From: Candidatus Bathyarchaeota archaeon
Lineage (GTDB): Archaea > Thermoproteota > Bathyarchaeia > 40CM-2-53-6 > CALIRQ01
Direction of reading: 5' to 3'
DNA: 41,827 bases
Assembly (NCBI GenBank): GCA_028275385.1
Contig: JAPWUR010000002.1
Span: 1 to 41,827, forward strand
Part shown: positions 26,288 to 36,105 of the stretch, one piece after another
How the letters are laid out: every line of letters begins with the position of its first letter
Numbering within the stretch: the stretch's first letter is position 1
The notes under the pieces: generated by a model
The model's database searches: none
Told to the model about the DNA's origin: nothing
Seen by the model: only the letters and a program-made list of their open reading frames with translations
Position numbers and translations under genes: made by a program

Positions 26288-26449
26288 TTGCCGCAAAGGA
26301 TAATTTGCAAGAGGTGCGGGAGCAGCCTTTACGAGGGGATCGAGCTCGAATCCCCGGCGGATGTGATACAGCGCTACAACGGCATTTGCCCGAATTGCGG
26401 CAACAAGCTCGAGTTCAATTACGAGAACATAAGGATAATCCCGAAGTGA
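26288..26449 (+). CDS. Small Zn-ribbon protein
   Basis: SD GGTGA then TTG; PQRIICKRCG...GICPNCGNKL. Confidence 0.75.
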   Translation: MPQRIICKRCGSSLYEGIELESPADVIQRYNGICPNCGNKLEFNYENIRIIPK

Positions 26450-26489
26450 TCGCCATGGGCCGGCCGGCGCCGATCCGGGCGATGGGCCC

Positions 26490-27665
26490 TTGTTGAGGAG
26501 GACCGCCGTATACGAATATCACAGGGAGTTCGGCAGGTTAACGGAGTTCTCCGGGTTCGAGATGCCGCTTTGGTATAGCGGCATAATCTCAGAGTGCCTG
26601 GCCGTCAGATCCGCCGTCGGGCTATTCGACGTCTCCCACATGGGCAGGATATTGATAAGGGGGAGGGATGCCGAGGCCTTCCTGAATCGGGTCACCACGA
26701 ACGACGTTCAAGCGCTCAAGCCCTCCAAGTCCCATTACTCCCTGCTCTGCAATCCCAACGGAGGGATAAAGGACGACGTGATCCTCTACAAGCTCGATTC
26801 GGATCGCTTCATGATGATCGTGAACGCGGCGAATAGGGAGAAGGATCTATCGTGGTTATTGGAGAATTCGAAGGGGTTCGATGTCTCCATCTCGGATATC
26901 TCGGAGGGGGTGGCCCTCTTCGCGGTGCAGGGGCCCAGGGCGCGGGAGGCCCTCCAAAGGATAGCGCAGGGCCCGGACCTGCGCGGGATCCCCAGGTTCT
27001 GCTTCGTGAGGGCGGAGATAGGGGGACTGGGCTGCCTTATCTCCGCGACGGGCTATACGGGGGAGGACGGCTTGGAGGTCTTCGTCCCGAGCTCGGAGCG
27101 CGGTCCGAGCGCGTTGGAGATATGGAGGGGGATCCTCAACGCGGGGTCCGAGTTCGGGATCAAGCCCTGCGGCCTCGGCTCAAGGGACGTCCTGAGGCTC
27201 GAGGCGGGCCTGTGCCTATATGGCAACGATATAGACGAGGGGACGAACCCCCTGGAGGCCGGTCTGGCGTTCGCGGTCAAGATGGGGAAGGGGGACTTCA
27301 TCGGGAGGGCGGCCCTGGAGGCCATATCCAGGGATGGGCCCAGGAGGGCCAGGGTCGGCATAGTGCTGGAGGACGAGGGGATCCCGAGGCGCGGGTTCGA
27401 GATCCTCAGGGGCGGGGAGCGGATAGGCGAGGTGACCAGCGGGACCTATTCCCCGATCCTGAAGAGGGGCATAGCCATGGGATACGTTGGGGCGGGCTCG
27501 GCCGCGATAGGGGACCCCATCGAGGTCTCCATAAGGGGGAGGCGCGCGAGGGGCTCGATCTCGGGATTCCCATTGGTCAAATGCTATTGGGGCTCCGAGG
27601 CCGCCAGGAGGGACGAGGAGGCGAGGAGGGCGGGCTTCGCATATAGGGGCGTGGCGTTCCCATAG
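26490..27665 (+). CDS. gcvT: Glycine cleavage system T protein
   Basis: LFDVSHMG, TGYTGEDG.E, GLG.RD.LRLEAG..LYG and GEVTSG..SP. Confidence 0.95.
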   Translation: MLRRTAVYEYHREFGRLTEFSGFEMPLWYSGIISECLAVRSAVGLFDVSHMGRILIRGRDAEAFLNRVTTNDVQALKPSKSHYSLLCNPNGGIKDDVILYKLDSDRFMMIVNAANREKDLSWLLENSKGFDVSISDISEGVALFAVQGPRAREALQRIAQGPDLRGIPRFCFVRAEIGGLGCLISATGYTGEDGLEVFVPSSERGPSALEIWRGILNAGSEFGIKPCGLGSRDVLRLEAGLCLYGNDIDEGTNPLEAGLAFAVKMGKGDFIGRAALEAISRDGPRRARVGIVLEDEGIPRRGFEILRGGERIGEVTSGTYSPILKRGIAMGYVGAGSAAIGDPIEVSIRGRRARGSISGFPLVKCYWGSEAARRDEEARRAGFAYRGVAFP

Positions 27666-27686
27666 GGGATCGGGCGGGGCTAATTA

Positions 27687-28079
27687 ATGAGGATAGAGAC
27701 GACCTCGAGGCTATCCCAATTCCGGAGGTTCGTGATAACGAGCACTTGCCAATCCTTCATACCGGAGGAATACTTGCGCGACGAGAGCGTTTTCCCGGAG
27801 AGGCCTCAGAAGGAGGGCAGGATCTACGTCGAGGCCGGGGACAAGGTCCTCTTGGGGAGGATAGGGGAGATGGAGTTCGTGAGGGCCACTAATGTCCTCG
27901 GGGTGATCTACAATTCGAAGAGCGGGAGGACTAGCCTCAGGTGGAGGCAGATAAGGGGGGACCTCGGCAAGGTCACGGGGGAGGCCAGCGCCAACTCCCT
28001 CGTGAACCTATACGCCTCAGGGGTCCTGGGGCGGGATTTCCTGGAATCCCTTAAGGCATCGGGCGGGAAGGAAGCTTAA
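27687..28079 (+). CDS. Conserved hypothetical protein
   Basis: 130-aa ORF with clear protein-like composition; no motif recognised. Confidence 0.75.
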   Translation: MRIETTSRLSQFRRFVITSTCQSFIPEEYLRDESVFPERPQKEGRIYVEAGDKVLLGRIGEMEFVRATNVLGVIYNSKSGRTSLRWRQIRGDLGKVTGEASANSLVNLYASGVLGRDFLESLKASGGKEA

Positions 28080-28127
28080 TAACCAGGCCCCGGCGAATCT
28101 CGGGATCGCCGCCGATGGCGGCTCGGC

Positions 28128-28246
28128 GCCGGGGTGGCAGAGCGGCAAACCCACTTGGTGCCATTGCGCCGGACTCGAGATCTGCCCGCGAGGGATCCGG
28201 TTCTCCCTTTGGGAGAGCAGGGGTTCAAGTCCCCTCCCCGGCGCCA
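28128..28246 (+). tRNA. tRNA-Ser(CGA) with two 15-nt introns: 22/23 (28150-28164) and 37/38 (28180-28194)
   Basis: Spliced form GCCGGGG TG GCAG AGCGGCAA ATGC G CCGGA CTCGAGA TCCGG [18-nt V-arm] AGGGG TTCAAGT CCCCT CCCCGGC G CCA. Confidence 0.92.
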
Positions 28247-28256
28247 CATCGGGGGT

Positions 28257-29231
28257 TCACCTGGAGGACGCGAGATCGGCCATGTCCACGCTGATCTCGC
28301 ACATCCTAGTCAGCGAGCTCAGGAGCCCGAAGATCGCATCCGCCCTAGCCGGCCCCCCGAGGAGCGATCTCCCCAGCCGGATCAACTCCCCTTCCATCTC
28401 CGGCCTCGAGCGATGTATCCTCGACGCCGATTCGAGATCCCCTGAGAGGACCGCCTCGAAGGCGCCCTTGAACGCCTCCTGGATCATCCGCCCCACCTTG
28501 GCCATGAGCTCGGCCTGCTCGCCGCTTAATCTGAGGGCCGGATCCGATCTCGCGCGCTCGGCTATGGCGACGGCGCAATCGGCCACCGCCTCTATATAGG
28601 TGGCCAATAGCCTATAATCCATGCAATCCCTCGGGCTCGGGAGGTCCGGCCTCCGGGGCCTATGGCCCGATATGCTCGCCCTGAGCGCCCTAACCAAGAG
28701 GAAGTAGAGCCTATCGACCTCCTCGTCCCTTTCGATCACCGTCGATGCCAACTCCTCATCGCCCTCCACGAGCGATTTGAAGGAGTCCGCGAGCATCGAT
28801 GAAGCTATCGAATGGATCCGCCTGAGGATCTTATCCGGCTTCAATAGGTCCGGCTCTATAACGCATTGTATGACTATGTTCCTGGAATCCTCCTCCAATA
28901 TCTCCATTCCTATGAGCGTCTTCAGCGCCGCCTTTATCCTCTCCCTGGATTTTGAATCTATGACGGAGTCGGACCTTATGCGTATGAGCTCGTACCCGGA
29001 TAGGTATTTCTCCCCTATCTCCCTCTCGAGCAGGGGGGACGGCGCGATAACCGCCTCGCGCGGCGCCCCCGGGGGCTCCTCCCCCTTCCATGGCTCGATG
29101 GATAAGCGATCCCCCTCCTTAAGGATCCTCACGGGGGAGCCCTTCGAAAGCCCCAGCTCGGAGGCCCAATCCTTCGGTATGGTTATGAAGAAGGTCCCAT
29201 CCGAGGTCCTCTGTATCCTCCTGAGCTCCAT
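28257..29231 (-). CDS. phoU: AbrB-PhoU phosphate uptake regulator
   Basis: RRIQ.T..GT..ITIPK.W N-terminus and RDEEVDRLY..L.R PhoU repeats. Confidence 0.9.
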   Translation of the reverse strand: MELRRIQRTSDGTFFITIPKDWASELGLSKGSPVRILKEGDRLSIEPWKGEEPPGAPREAVIAPSPLLEREIGEKYLSGYELIRIRSDSVIDSKSRERIKAALKTLIGMEILEEDSRNIVIQCVIEPDLLKPDKILRRIHSIASSMLADSFKSLVEGDEELASTVIERDEEVDRLYFLLVRALRASISGHRPRRPDLPSPRDCMDYRLLATYIEAVADCAVAIAERARSDPALRLSGEQAELMAKVGRMIQEAFKGAFEAVLSGDLESASRIHRSRPEMEGELIRLGRSLLGGPARADAIFGLLSSLTRMCEISVDMADLASSR

Positions 29232-29293
29232 CGAGGCCCCGGGGCCCAATCCCATGCCCAAAAGATAACGCTTGCCCCGGGCGCTCATTTATA

Positions 29294-30853
29294 TTGGCCC
29301 ATGGCCCCCCATCCGCTTGGTCGAGCGGGTTGTCGGACCCGGATGGGCTCAGGAGGGCGATATCCAAGGCCCTAATGGCCGGCCTTCAAATAGATGCCGA
29401 GGCCATGGAGGCCCTTAGGGCCCTCGGGCCAGCCGATGCCGAGATCGCGATGGATGCGATCATATCCGAGGCGAGGGCATCCGGGGATTTCGTCATAAGG
29501 CCCGAGGCCGTTCGGAGGATCCTCTCCCGCGCGGCCGCGCCCGGCCCGGGCGAGGCGGCGGCCCGGACCGGGAAGGCCGCATTGCCCCATCCGGCGAGGG
29601 ATTACGAAGCGGACATTAGGATCGTTAAGGGCTTGGAGGCGGCCCAGCCGCTCGGGGGCGGGCCCGAGGATTTCTCCTCGCTCTTCAGATCCAGGTTCGA
29701 TGCCCTCTCCAGGATCCTGAGGAAGAGGGTGGACGCGAGGGACGCCACCGGGATCCCGGAGGCCCTGGAGGCCAGGAGGGGCGATCCGGTGAAGTTCATA
29801 GCCATGGTCTACGAGAAGGCCGAGAGGGAGAGGGGCCTGATCCTATCGGTCGAGGACCCCGAGGCGAGCGCCGCGGTGCTCGCCCCTAGGGATAGGAGGG
29901 AGCTCTTCGAGCTCTCGATGGCGATCCCCCTCGACCAGGTGATCTGCGTCTCCGGGAGGCGGGGGCCCGGGGACCTTTTCATAGCGGAGGAGATCCTCCT
30001 CCCCGATGTGCCTGATAGGAGGGCCGAGCCCCCGGGGATCCCCCTAAACGCGGTCTTGCTATCCGACCTCCACATCGGGAGCAAGACCTTCATGGAGGGC
30101 GCGTTCAAGAGGTTCCTGGCCTGGCTCAGGGGCGACCTCGGCGGGGGGGATTTGAGGGCCCTCGCCAGGGCCGTGAAATACGTCCTGATAGCCGGGGATA
30201 TCGTGGACGGCGTTGGCGTATATCCCGACCAAGAGGCGGATTTGGCGATAGCGGACCTTTATAAGCAATACGAGAGGGCCGCCGAGCTGCTATCGGGGAT
30301 CCCGGATTACGTGGAGCTCGTCATCATACCCGGGAACCACGATCCGGTGAGGCAGGCGCTCCCCCAACCGCCGATCCCGGAGGATTACGCCGAGCCCCTC
30401 CTCGAGGCCAGGCCGGTCGTGAGCCTCGGGAACCCGGCCGAGCTCTCCATCCATGGGTTGAGCTTCCTCATCTACCACGGCAGGAGCTTGGACGACCTGG
30501 CGGCATCGGCGCCCGGCCCGGGTGGGAGGAGGCCGGAGGCCGGCATGGAGCTATTGCTCAGGTGCAGGCACCTCTCCCCCCAATACGGCAGCAAGACGCC
30601 GATCGCGCCGATCAGGGACGATGCGCTGGTCATAGAGAACCCCCCGGACGTATTCCAAGCGGGCCACGTCCACGTATTCGGGCTCAAGGCCTATAGGGGG
30701 ACCAAGCTCGTCAATTGCGGGGCTTGGCAATCGCAAACGGAATATCAAAGGCGGATGGGCTTGGTGCCGACCCCTTGCATAGCCCCCGTATTCAGCTTCC
30801 TGGATTTGAGCGTACGAAGGGTGGATTTCGCGTCGGAGGCCTTGGCCGTTTGA
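29294..30853 (+). CDS. DNA polymerase D small (proofreading) subunit DP1
   Basis: SDLHIGS, AGDIVDG, PGNHD, YHGRS, RHL.P.YG, GHVH and WQSQT. Start may be TTG29330. Confidence 0.93.
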   Translation: MAHGPPSAWSSGLSDPDGLRRAISKALMAGLQIDAEAMEALRALGPADAEIAMDAIISEARASGDFVIRPEAVRRILSRAAAPGPGEAAARTGKAALPHPARDYEADIRIVKGLEAAQPLGGGPEDFSSLFRSRFDALSRILRKRVDARDATGIPEALEARRGDPVKFIAMVYEKAERERGLILSVEDPEASAAVLAPRDRRELFELSMAIPLDQVICVSGRRGPGDLFIAEEILLPDVPDRRAEPPGIPLNAVLLSDLHIGSKTFMEGAFKRFLAWLRGDLGGGDLRALARAVKYVLIAGDIVDGVGVYPDQEADLAIADLYKQYERAAELLSGIPDYVELVIIPGNHDPVRQALPQPPIPEDYAEPLLEARPVVSLGNPAELSIHGLSFLIYHGRSLDDLAASAPGPGGRRPEAGMELLLRCRHLSPQYGSKTPIAPIRDDALVIENPPDVFQAGHVHVFGLKAYRGTKLVNCGAWQSQTEYQRRMGLVPTPCIAPVFSFLDLSVRRVDFASEALAV

Positions 30854-30928
30854 GCCCGATCCACTTTTAATCAAAAATGAGTAGAAACCTATAAATAATA
30901 GTGGGGATCCCCCGCCCCGGGATCCGGA

Positions 30929-32293
30929 ATGGGCGGCGGAGGGGAGGGCGGGCTCAGGAGGGGTGCGCTCGGCGCCAGGGAGAGCCTCCTAATATGCGTG
31001 GGGGGCATGATCGGCATAGCCATATTCACGCTCCCGTCCACGACCTTCGCCCTCTGCGGCCCCTCCGCCGTCCTGGCGTGGGCCCTGGCGGGCGCCCTGA
31101 TGCTCATAATGGGATTGAACCTCGCCGAGCTCGCCTCGGCCTTCCCGAGGGCCGGCGGGATAGCCATGTACCCCAAGGAGGCGCTGGGCAGCACCGGGGC
31201 CTTGGGGGATTTACTCGGCTTCATCTCCGGGTGGATCTACTGGTTCACGTTCGGGGTCCTCGCCAATGTCATAGGGGCCCTCTTCGTGGGGCGGTACGTC
31301 TCCATGCTCCTCCCGTCGATGGCGCCGGATCCGGCGGCGATGGCCCTAGCCGCCCTGGCGCTCGTTTTCGCGCTTAACCTATTGGGCGTGAGGGTCGCGG
31401 GCATCGCCAACGCCGTATTGACGGCCGCCTTGGTGGCCATAATGATCCTATACTCGGCGCTCGCCCTCCCGAGGATCGACCCCGGCCTCCTCGAGCCATT
31501 CCTCTCCGGCCAGCTCGGCCCCAGGGGATTCCTCATCAGCATAACGGTTGCTTGGCTGGGCTATACGGCCTGGATGGCGATAACCTCGGTGGCGGAGGAG
31601 GTGAGGGATCCCCAAAGGACCATACCGAGGGCCATATCGGCATCGATATCGATCGTCGCCGCCCTCTACCTATGCGCCCTCCTGGCCACGGCCGGCAACG
31701 CCCGATGGGAGGAGCTCTCGATGGGCAACCCCGAGGGCTATTATGCGCCGTTCGCCCTCGTCGCCGCGCGCCTCGGCCTGAATTGGCTCAAGGGGCCGAT
31801 CTACCTCGCGGGCCTATTGGCCATATTGACGACCATGCTGGTCCTCCTCATGGACGGCAGCAGGGTCCTTTATGCGATGGGCAAAGGGGGGGCCTTGCCG
31901 AGGGCCCTCGCCGCGACGAGCCGCAGGTTCGGGACCCCATGGGCCTCCCTGGCGCTCCTATCGGCGGCGTCCGCCATCCTCTTGGCCCAGCCCCCATCGC
32001 TCGTATATTATTTGATCCAAATGGGCGGGGCCAATTTCGGGATCGTGATGGCGATAAATTGCGCATGCGCCCTTCGCCTGAAGCTATCCCCGGGGAGGCG
32101 GGGATGCGGCCCCGGATATAGGGCGCCCGGGGGGCCCGCCCTGCCGATCCTCGCGATAGCCATCGCGGCCCTGGCGATGAGCCAATACGATATCGAGGTC
32201 TACAGGCTCGCCCTATGTTGGATCGGGATCGGGGCGCTGATCTACGCCGCGAGGAGGTGCCTCGATCGAGGGGCGACTGGGGGCCGAGGGTGA
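30929..32293 (+). CDS. APC-family amino acid permease
   Basis: About 12 TM helices; G.MIG..IF, AELASAFPRAGG and AEEVRDP.RTIP. Confidence 0.93.
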   Translation: MGGGGEGGLRRGALGARESLLICVGGMIGIAIFTLPSTTFALCGPSAVLAWALAGALMLIMGLNLAELASAFPRAGGIAMYPKEALGSTGALGDLLGFISGWIYWFTFGVLANVIGALFVGRYVSMLLPSMAPDPAAMALAALALVFALNLLGVRVAGIANAVLTAALVAIMILYSALALPRIDPGLLEPFLSGQLGPRGFLISITVAWLGYTAWMAITSVAEEVRDPQRTIPRAISASISIVAALYLCALLATAGNARWEELSMGNPEGYYAPFALVAARLGLNWLKGPIYLAGLLAILTTMLVLLMDGSRVLYAMGKGGALPRALAATSRRFGTPWASLALLSAASAILLAQPPSLVYYLIQMGGANFGIVMAINCACALRLKLSPGRRGCGPGYRAPGGPALPILAIAIAALAMSQYDIEVYRLALCWIGIGALIYAARRCLDRGATGGRG

Positions 32294-32313
32294 GGTCCCC
32301 GATCAGCCCTCCC

Positions 32314-33564
32314 TCACTTTGGCTTGCGCATGACGCCTTCGTATATCCTCGCGGTTTGCTCGACGGCGGACCTCCAAGTGAAATATCTCAGGACCCTCCT
32401 CCTCCCGTTCTTCCCCCAAACCCTCGCCCTCTCGGGATCCCTCAGGACCTCCTTTACGCCCCAAGCTATATCGGCCGGGTCATGGCCGTTAACGTGGATG
32501 CCCGTTTGCTCTTGGCCGGAGGGCACGACCTGCTCCCTGAAGCCCACGACCCCCCTCGCGCCCACCACCAATGGCTTCTCCATGGCCATCGCCTCCAAGC
32601 TCACTATCCCGAATGGCTCGTATATGGATGGGAAGACGCATAGATCGGACGCCGCGTAATGAAGTATTCGCTCGTCCTCCAGGACGTATTCGAACCTATA
32701 GATCACCTTGCCCCTCAACCCCAAGCGCTCAACGAGCTCCATGACGTCCGCTTGCTCCTCCCCCCTCCCCAGGATGACGAGCTTCGTATTTGGGAACTCC
32801 GATAGGATCATGGGCATGGCCTGTATTAGGTTCCTGACCCCCTTCACCCAGGTCAGCCTGCCTATGAATAGGATCATCCGCTCCCCCTCCCCTATCCCGT
32901 ATTTCTCCCTCAAGTTCCGGACCGCGCCCTCCGGAACCTTCTCCGGGTCATAGACCTCCGGATCCACCCCGTTCCATACGACGTGTATCTTCCCTTCATC
33001 CCATCCGTGCCTCGTCAAATCGTCCTTCATCGCGTGGCTCACTGTTATGATCGCGTCGGCCGCGCGCGCCATCTCGTCCTCCAATTGGGATATCACCCTC
33101 GATCCCCCATCGCCGCTCCTCCCCCATTCGACCGAATGGACGTGGAACACCACCGGCAAATCCAGCTCGTTCTTTATGATCAGCCCGGACATGGCGCTGA
33201 GCCAATCGTGAACGCAGGCCACGTCGTATCTCCTACCCTCGCGCCTCACGCATAAGTTGATGAATTTGGCGGAGGATAGCACGTTATGGACCAGGACGTC
33301 GCTGAACATCTTTATATTGGTCCCCCATCTCCTGAGGTCCTCGGTGACGAAGACCGGGAGTATGTTCGAAGCGTTTATCAAAAGGGGCCTGTGGACCTCG
33401 ATCCCCCACATGACCTCCCTGGTCCTGAGGTCCCCCCTCCCGAGCGTGAATACGGATACCCCATGCCCGAGCTCCGCCAAGCCCTTCGTCATATAGGAGG
33501 CGTAGGTCCCCAGGCCGCCGACCAGGAATGGGGGATATTCCCAACTGAAGAAGGCTATGTTCAT
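32314..33564 (-). CDS. GT4 glycosyltransferase (glycogen synthase-like)
   Basis: SWEYPP..VGGLG, HDW, FIGRL..VKG and EPFGIVSLEAMA. Confidence 0.9.
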   Translation of the reverse strand: MNIAFFSWEYPPFLVGGLGTYASYMTKGLAELGHGVSVFTLGRGDLRTREVMWGIEVHRPLLINASNILPVFVTEDLRRWGTNIKMFSDVLVHNVLSSAKFINLCVRREGRRYDVACVHDWLSAMSGLIIKNELDLPVVFHVHSVEWGRSGDGGSRVISQLEDEMARAADAIITVSHAMKDDLTRHGWDEGKIHVVWNGVDPEVYDPEKVPEGAVRNLREKYGIGEGERMILFIGRLTWVKGVRNLIQAMPMILSEFPNTKLVILGRGEEQADVMELVERLGLRGKVIYRFEYVLEDERILHYAASDLCVFPSIYEPFGIVSLEAMAMEKPLVVGARGVVGFREQVVPSGQEQTGIHVNGHDPADIAWGVKEVLRDPERARVWGKNGRRRVLRYFTWRSAVEQTARIYEGVMRKPK

Positions 33565-33713
33565 CGCGATGGCCCTCAACCAAAGGGCTTGCGGGCCCTG
33601 CGCTCTTAACCCTTGCGGTCCCTTCGAGAGCGCATCGATGGCGAGGGTCTTCGCGGGATTTCGATAGGTTTATTGGGAGGGCCTCGGAATTACATCAAAA
33701 GGCGAGGGCCATT

Positions 33714-34067
33714 TTGGGAAGGAAAGGCGTCCTATCGGATGTCCCAGCCGATAAGGCCTTCTATTTCAATACGGATGTGGGCGTTTACACCGGTAAGTTC
33801 GCGACTAATCTAGCGAGCTTCCGAGACGCCCTGAGGGATGTGGATGTGCGATCCATAGAGTTCCACATGAGGAGGGGGGATTTCGAGAAATGGATAGAGT
33901 TCCTCGGGGATCACGCGCTCGCGAGGGAGATCGCGAAGCTCAGGGGCCTGAGGGGCGAGGAGTTGCGCGAAGGGCTCATAAAAGCGATCGATGGGAGCAT
34001 GGGAAGGCGGGGGCGATCGCGCCCCGGAAAGGGGCGGGGGAGGGCGGCCCCCCGCGATACCCCCTAG
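33714..34067 (+). CDS. Stand-alone DUF5752 domain protein
   Basis: VP.DKAFYF...A.NL..F...L..V...SIEFH..RGDFE.WI...GD..LA. Confidence 0.8.
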   Translation: MGRKGVLSDVPADKAFYFNTDVGVYTGKFATNLASFRDALRDVDVRSIEFHMRRGDFEKWIEFLGDHALAREIAKLRGLRGEELREGLIKAIDGSMGRRGRSRPGKGRGRAAPRDTP

Positions 34068-36046
34068 GCCCTGGACCCCGCCCCCAGTAGCCCCGGCAAT
34101 CGCTCCAAGAATGGATCGCACCAGTGGCTCCAATACTGGGCCGGATTTTTGACGGGGACTGGATTGCTCGACTCGGGGCCGGCCGAGGGGTTCCCCCCGA
34201 TCGGCAGGCTGAAGAGCTCGTTGCAATACCCGATGGCGCCCTCCGAGACCATATGGTCCAGGTTGTTCAGGAGCAGGCCGATGACGTCCTCCCCGACCGC
34301 CTCCATCAATTCCAGGAGATACGGCGTATCCCTGGGCCAAATGGTTGGGCCATGGTATTCGCGATCGCCGAGGTAGGGCACCGGCCCCGCCTCCCTGGCC
34401 AATATCCCGAATGGGAATCGGCCATCGCCCAGCGCTACGAGGCGCCGGTGCACGAGCAACCTCCTGGAAACCTCCCCCCAAATATTCGCGATGGCGCCCC
34501 CGGATAGGCGCCCCCGAAGCGCCGATGCCGCCACCACCGCCGGGGAGCCGAAGGTGCGGTCCACGAGCCCATGGGGTGGCGAAATCGCCAACGGGGGGGT
34601 TCCGTGGGCCTTGAAGAAGGCGTCGGATCCATCCCCCAATATCCCCAACAATTCCCCGATCGCCCGGGGGGCCCTAACCCCGAATCGCTCCGATGCCGCC
34701 GCGAGGCCCTCGAGCGCCTCGATGTAAAGTGCGTTGACTTCCACCAGGCCGTATTCCATGGAGAAGGGATCGATCCCCTCATCGGCCCAAGCCATCGGGA
34801 GCCTCGCGGGCCAGGGGCGCCCCTCGATATCCACGACGCTATCGATCCAGGAGGAATCGGCGGGGCAGCATAGGATCGAATCCAAGAGGGCGGTATCGGA
34901 GATAGCCCTCCCCTCCAGGAGCTCCTCGGCGACGAGGGATGCGGACTCGATCCCCTTGAGCAGGAGCCCGCGATCCCCGAGGGCATCGGCCGTCCTCCAA
35001 ACGACGTTGAGGAGCTGAGGAACCGCATCGCTCGCGAACTTCTTGGCGCCCATCACGATCGGGAGCCCCCGGAGGGATCTGAGCGCGTCGAGGAGGCGAT
35101 CCAAGAGGGAGGCGACCCTATCCCCCCAGCCGAGGAATTGGTAGGCCCCGAGGTTCCACCTCAGCCCCTCGAGCGCATCCCTAACCCAGGGCCTCCTGAA
35201 CCACCAAGCGCCCGCCTCGGGGAACCAGCCCCCATCCAGGTGCATGGAGAATGAGGCGAGGTTCCTCAGGCGGAGGGCGAGGGCCTCGGCCACCGGGCCC
35301 TCGCCGAACCTCGCGCCCTCGATGCCCGCGCGCGGGGCCCAATCGCCCCGGGCCCCATTGGGAATCGGCACCCTTATCCTCAGCGATCCCCCTTTCGAGA
35401 AAAGCAGGAACGGTATCGAGACGGTGCGCGAATCCCCGACGAATTTGACGGCCCCGGAATCCATCCTGCGGAACCCATCCCCGAGCTTATACCGCCATTG
35501 GAGCCTCATGCCCGATGGCTCGGCCATATCGAAGCCCTCAACGATCATCCGGAACGGCGCGTTTGATGGCTTGATCACGAGGCGTTCGGGCCCCGGCTCC
35601 GCCTCGTAAAGGCCCTCGCCCCGATCCTCGGCGGGCCTCGGATCCGCGAGCACCGCGAACCAGCAGGGCCTCCCGACCGATGCCCCCAGGGCGACCTCGC
35701 CGATGGAGCCGTTCAAGGAGATCCTATGGGAAACTTCGAGGGCATCGCAATGATACCTATATTCGCATTCGCCGGGCCCGATTAGGACTTCCCTCGCCCT
35801 CAGCTCGAGACCAGGGATCGAGAAATATATCGCGTCTATGGCCTTGTATATAACCCCATTTATAGGCCCGATCAATAGCCCTTGCCATTGTGAATCCCTG
35901 TTGCCGCCGTAGAAGCGCCTCCCCCCGATCTCAATGGGGGCCGTGAATGTCGATGCTGAGAACTCGGCCATCGGGGATTTCAGGAGCACTTGCTTGTTTC
36001 GCGCGTAATCCCAATCCGGGTTCTCGGAGGGCTCGATCCTCCACAT
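34064..36046 (-). CDS. Glycogen debranching enzyme / amylo-alpha-1,6-glucosidase-like protein
   Basis: AGAWWF...W.RD, S.DA, SWID, VEVNAL, YH.GP..WP, ELF and Q.WS motifs of the GDE C-terminal barrel. Confidence 0.75.
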   Translation of the reverse strand: MWRIEPSENPDWDYARNKQVLLKSPMAEFSASTFTAPIEIGGRRFYGGNRDSQWQGLLIGPINGVIYKAIDAIYFSIPGLELRAREVLIGPGECEYRYHCDALEVSHRISLNGSIGEVALGASVGRPCWFAVLADPRPAEDRGEGLYEAEPGPERLVIKPSNAPFRMIVEGFDMAEPSGMRLQWRYKLGDGFRRMDSGAVKFVGDSRTVSIPFLLFSKGGSLRIRVPIPNGARGDWAPRAGIEGARFGEGPVAEALALRLRNLASFSMHLDGGWFPEAGAWWFRRPWVRDALEGLRWNLGAYQFLGWGDRVASLLDRLLDALRSLRGLPIVMGAKKFASDAVPQLLNVVWRTADALGDRGLLLKGIESASLVAEELLEGRAISDTALLDSILCCPADSSWIDSVVDIEGRPWPARLPMAWADEGIDPFSMEYGLVEVNALYIEALEGLAAASERFGVRAPRAIGELLGILGDGSDAFFKAHGTPPLAISPPHGLVDRTFGSPAVVAASALRGRLSGGAIANIWGEVSRRLLVHRRLVALGDGRFPFGILAREAGPVPYLGDREYHGPTIWPRDTPYLLELMEAVGEDVIGLLLNNLDHMVSEGAIGYCNELFSLPIGGNPSAGPESSNPVPVKNPAQYWSHWCDPFLERLPGLLGAGSRA

Positions 36047-36105
36047 AGCCCCCTTGAGGCCCCCCTCATTTGGAGCGCCCGCGCGCGGGCCGGGCCTGGA
36101 TCGGG

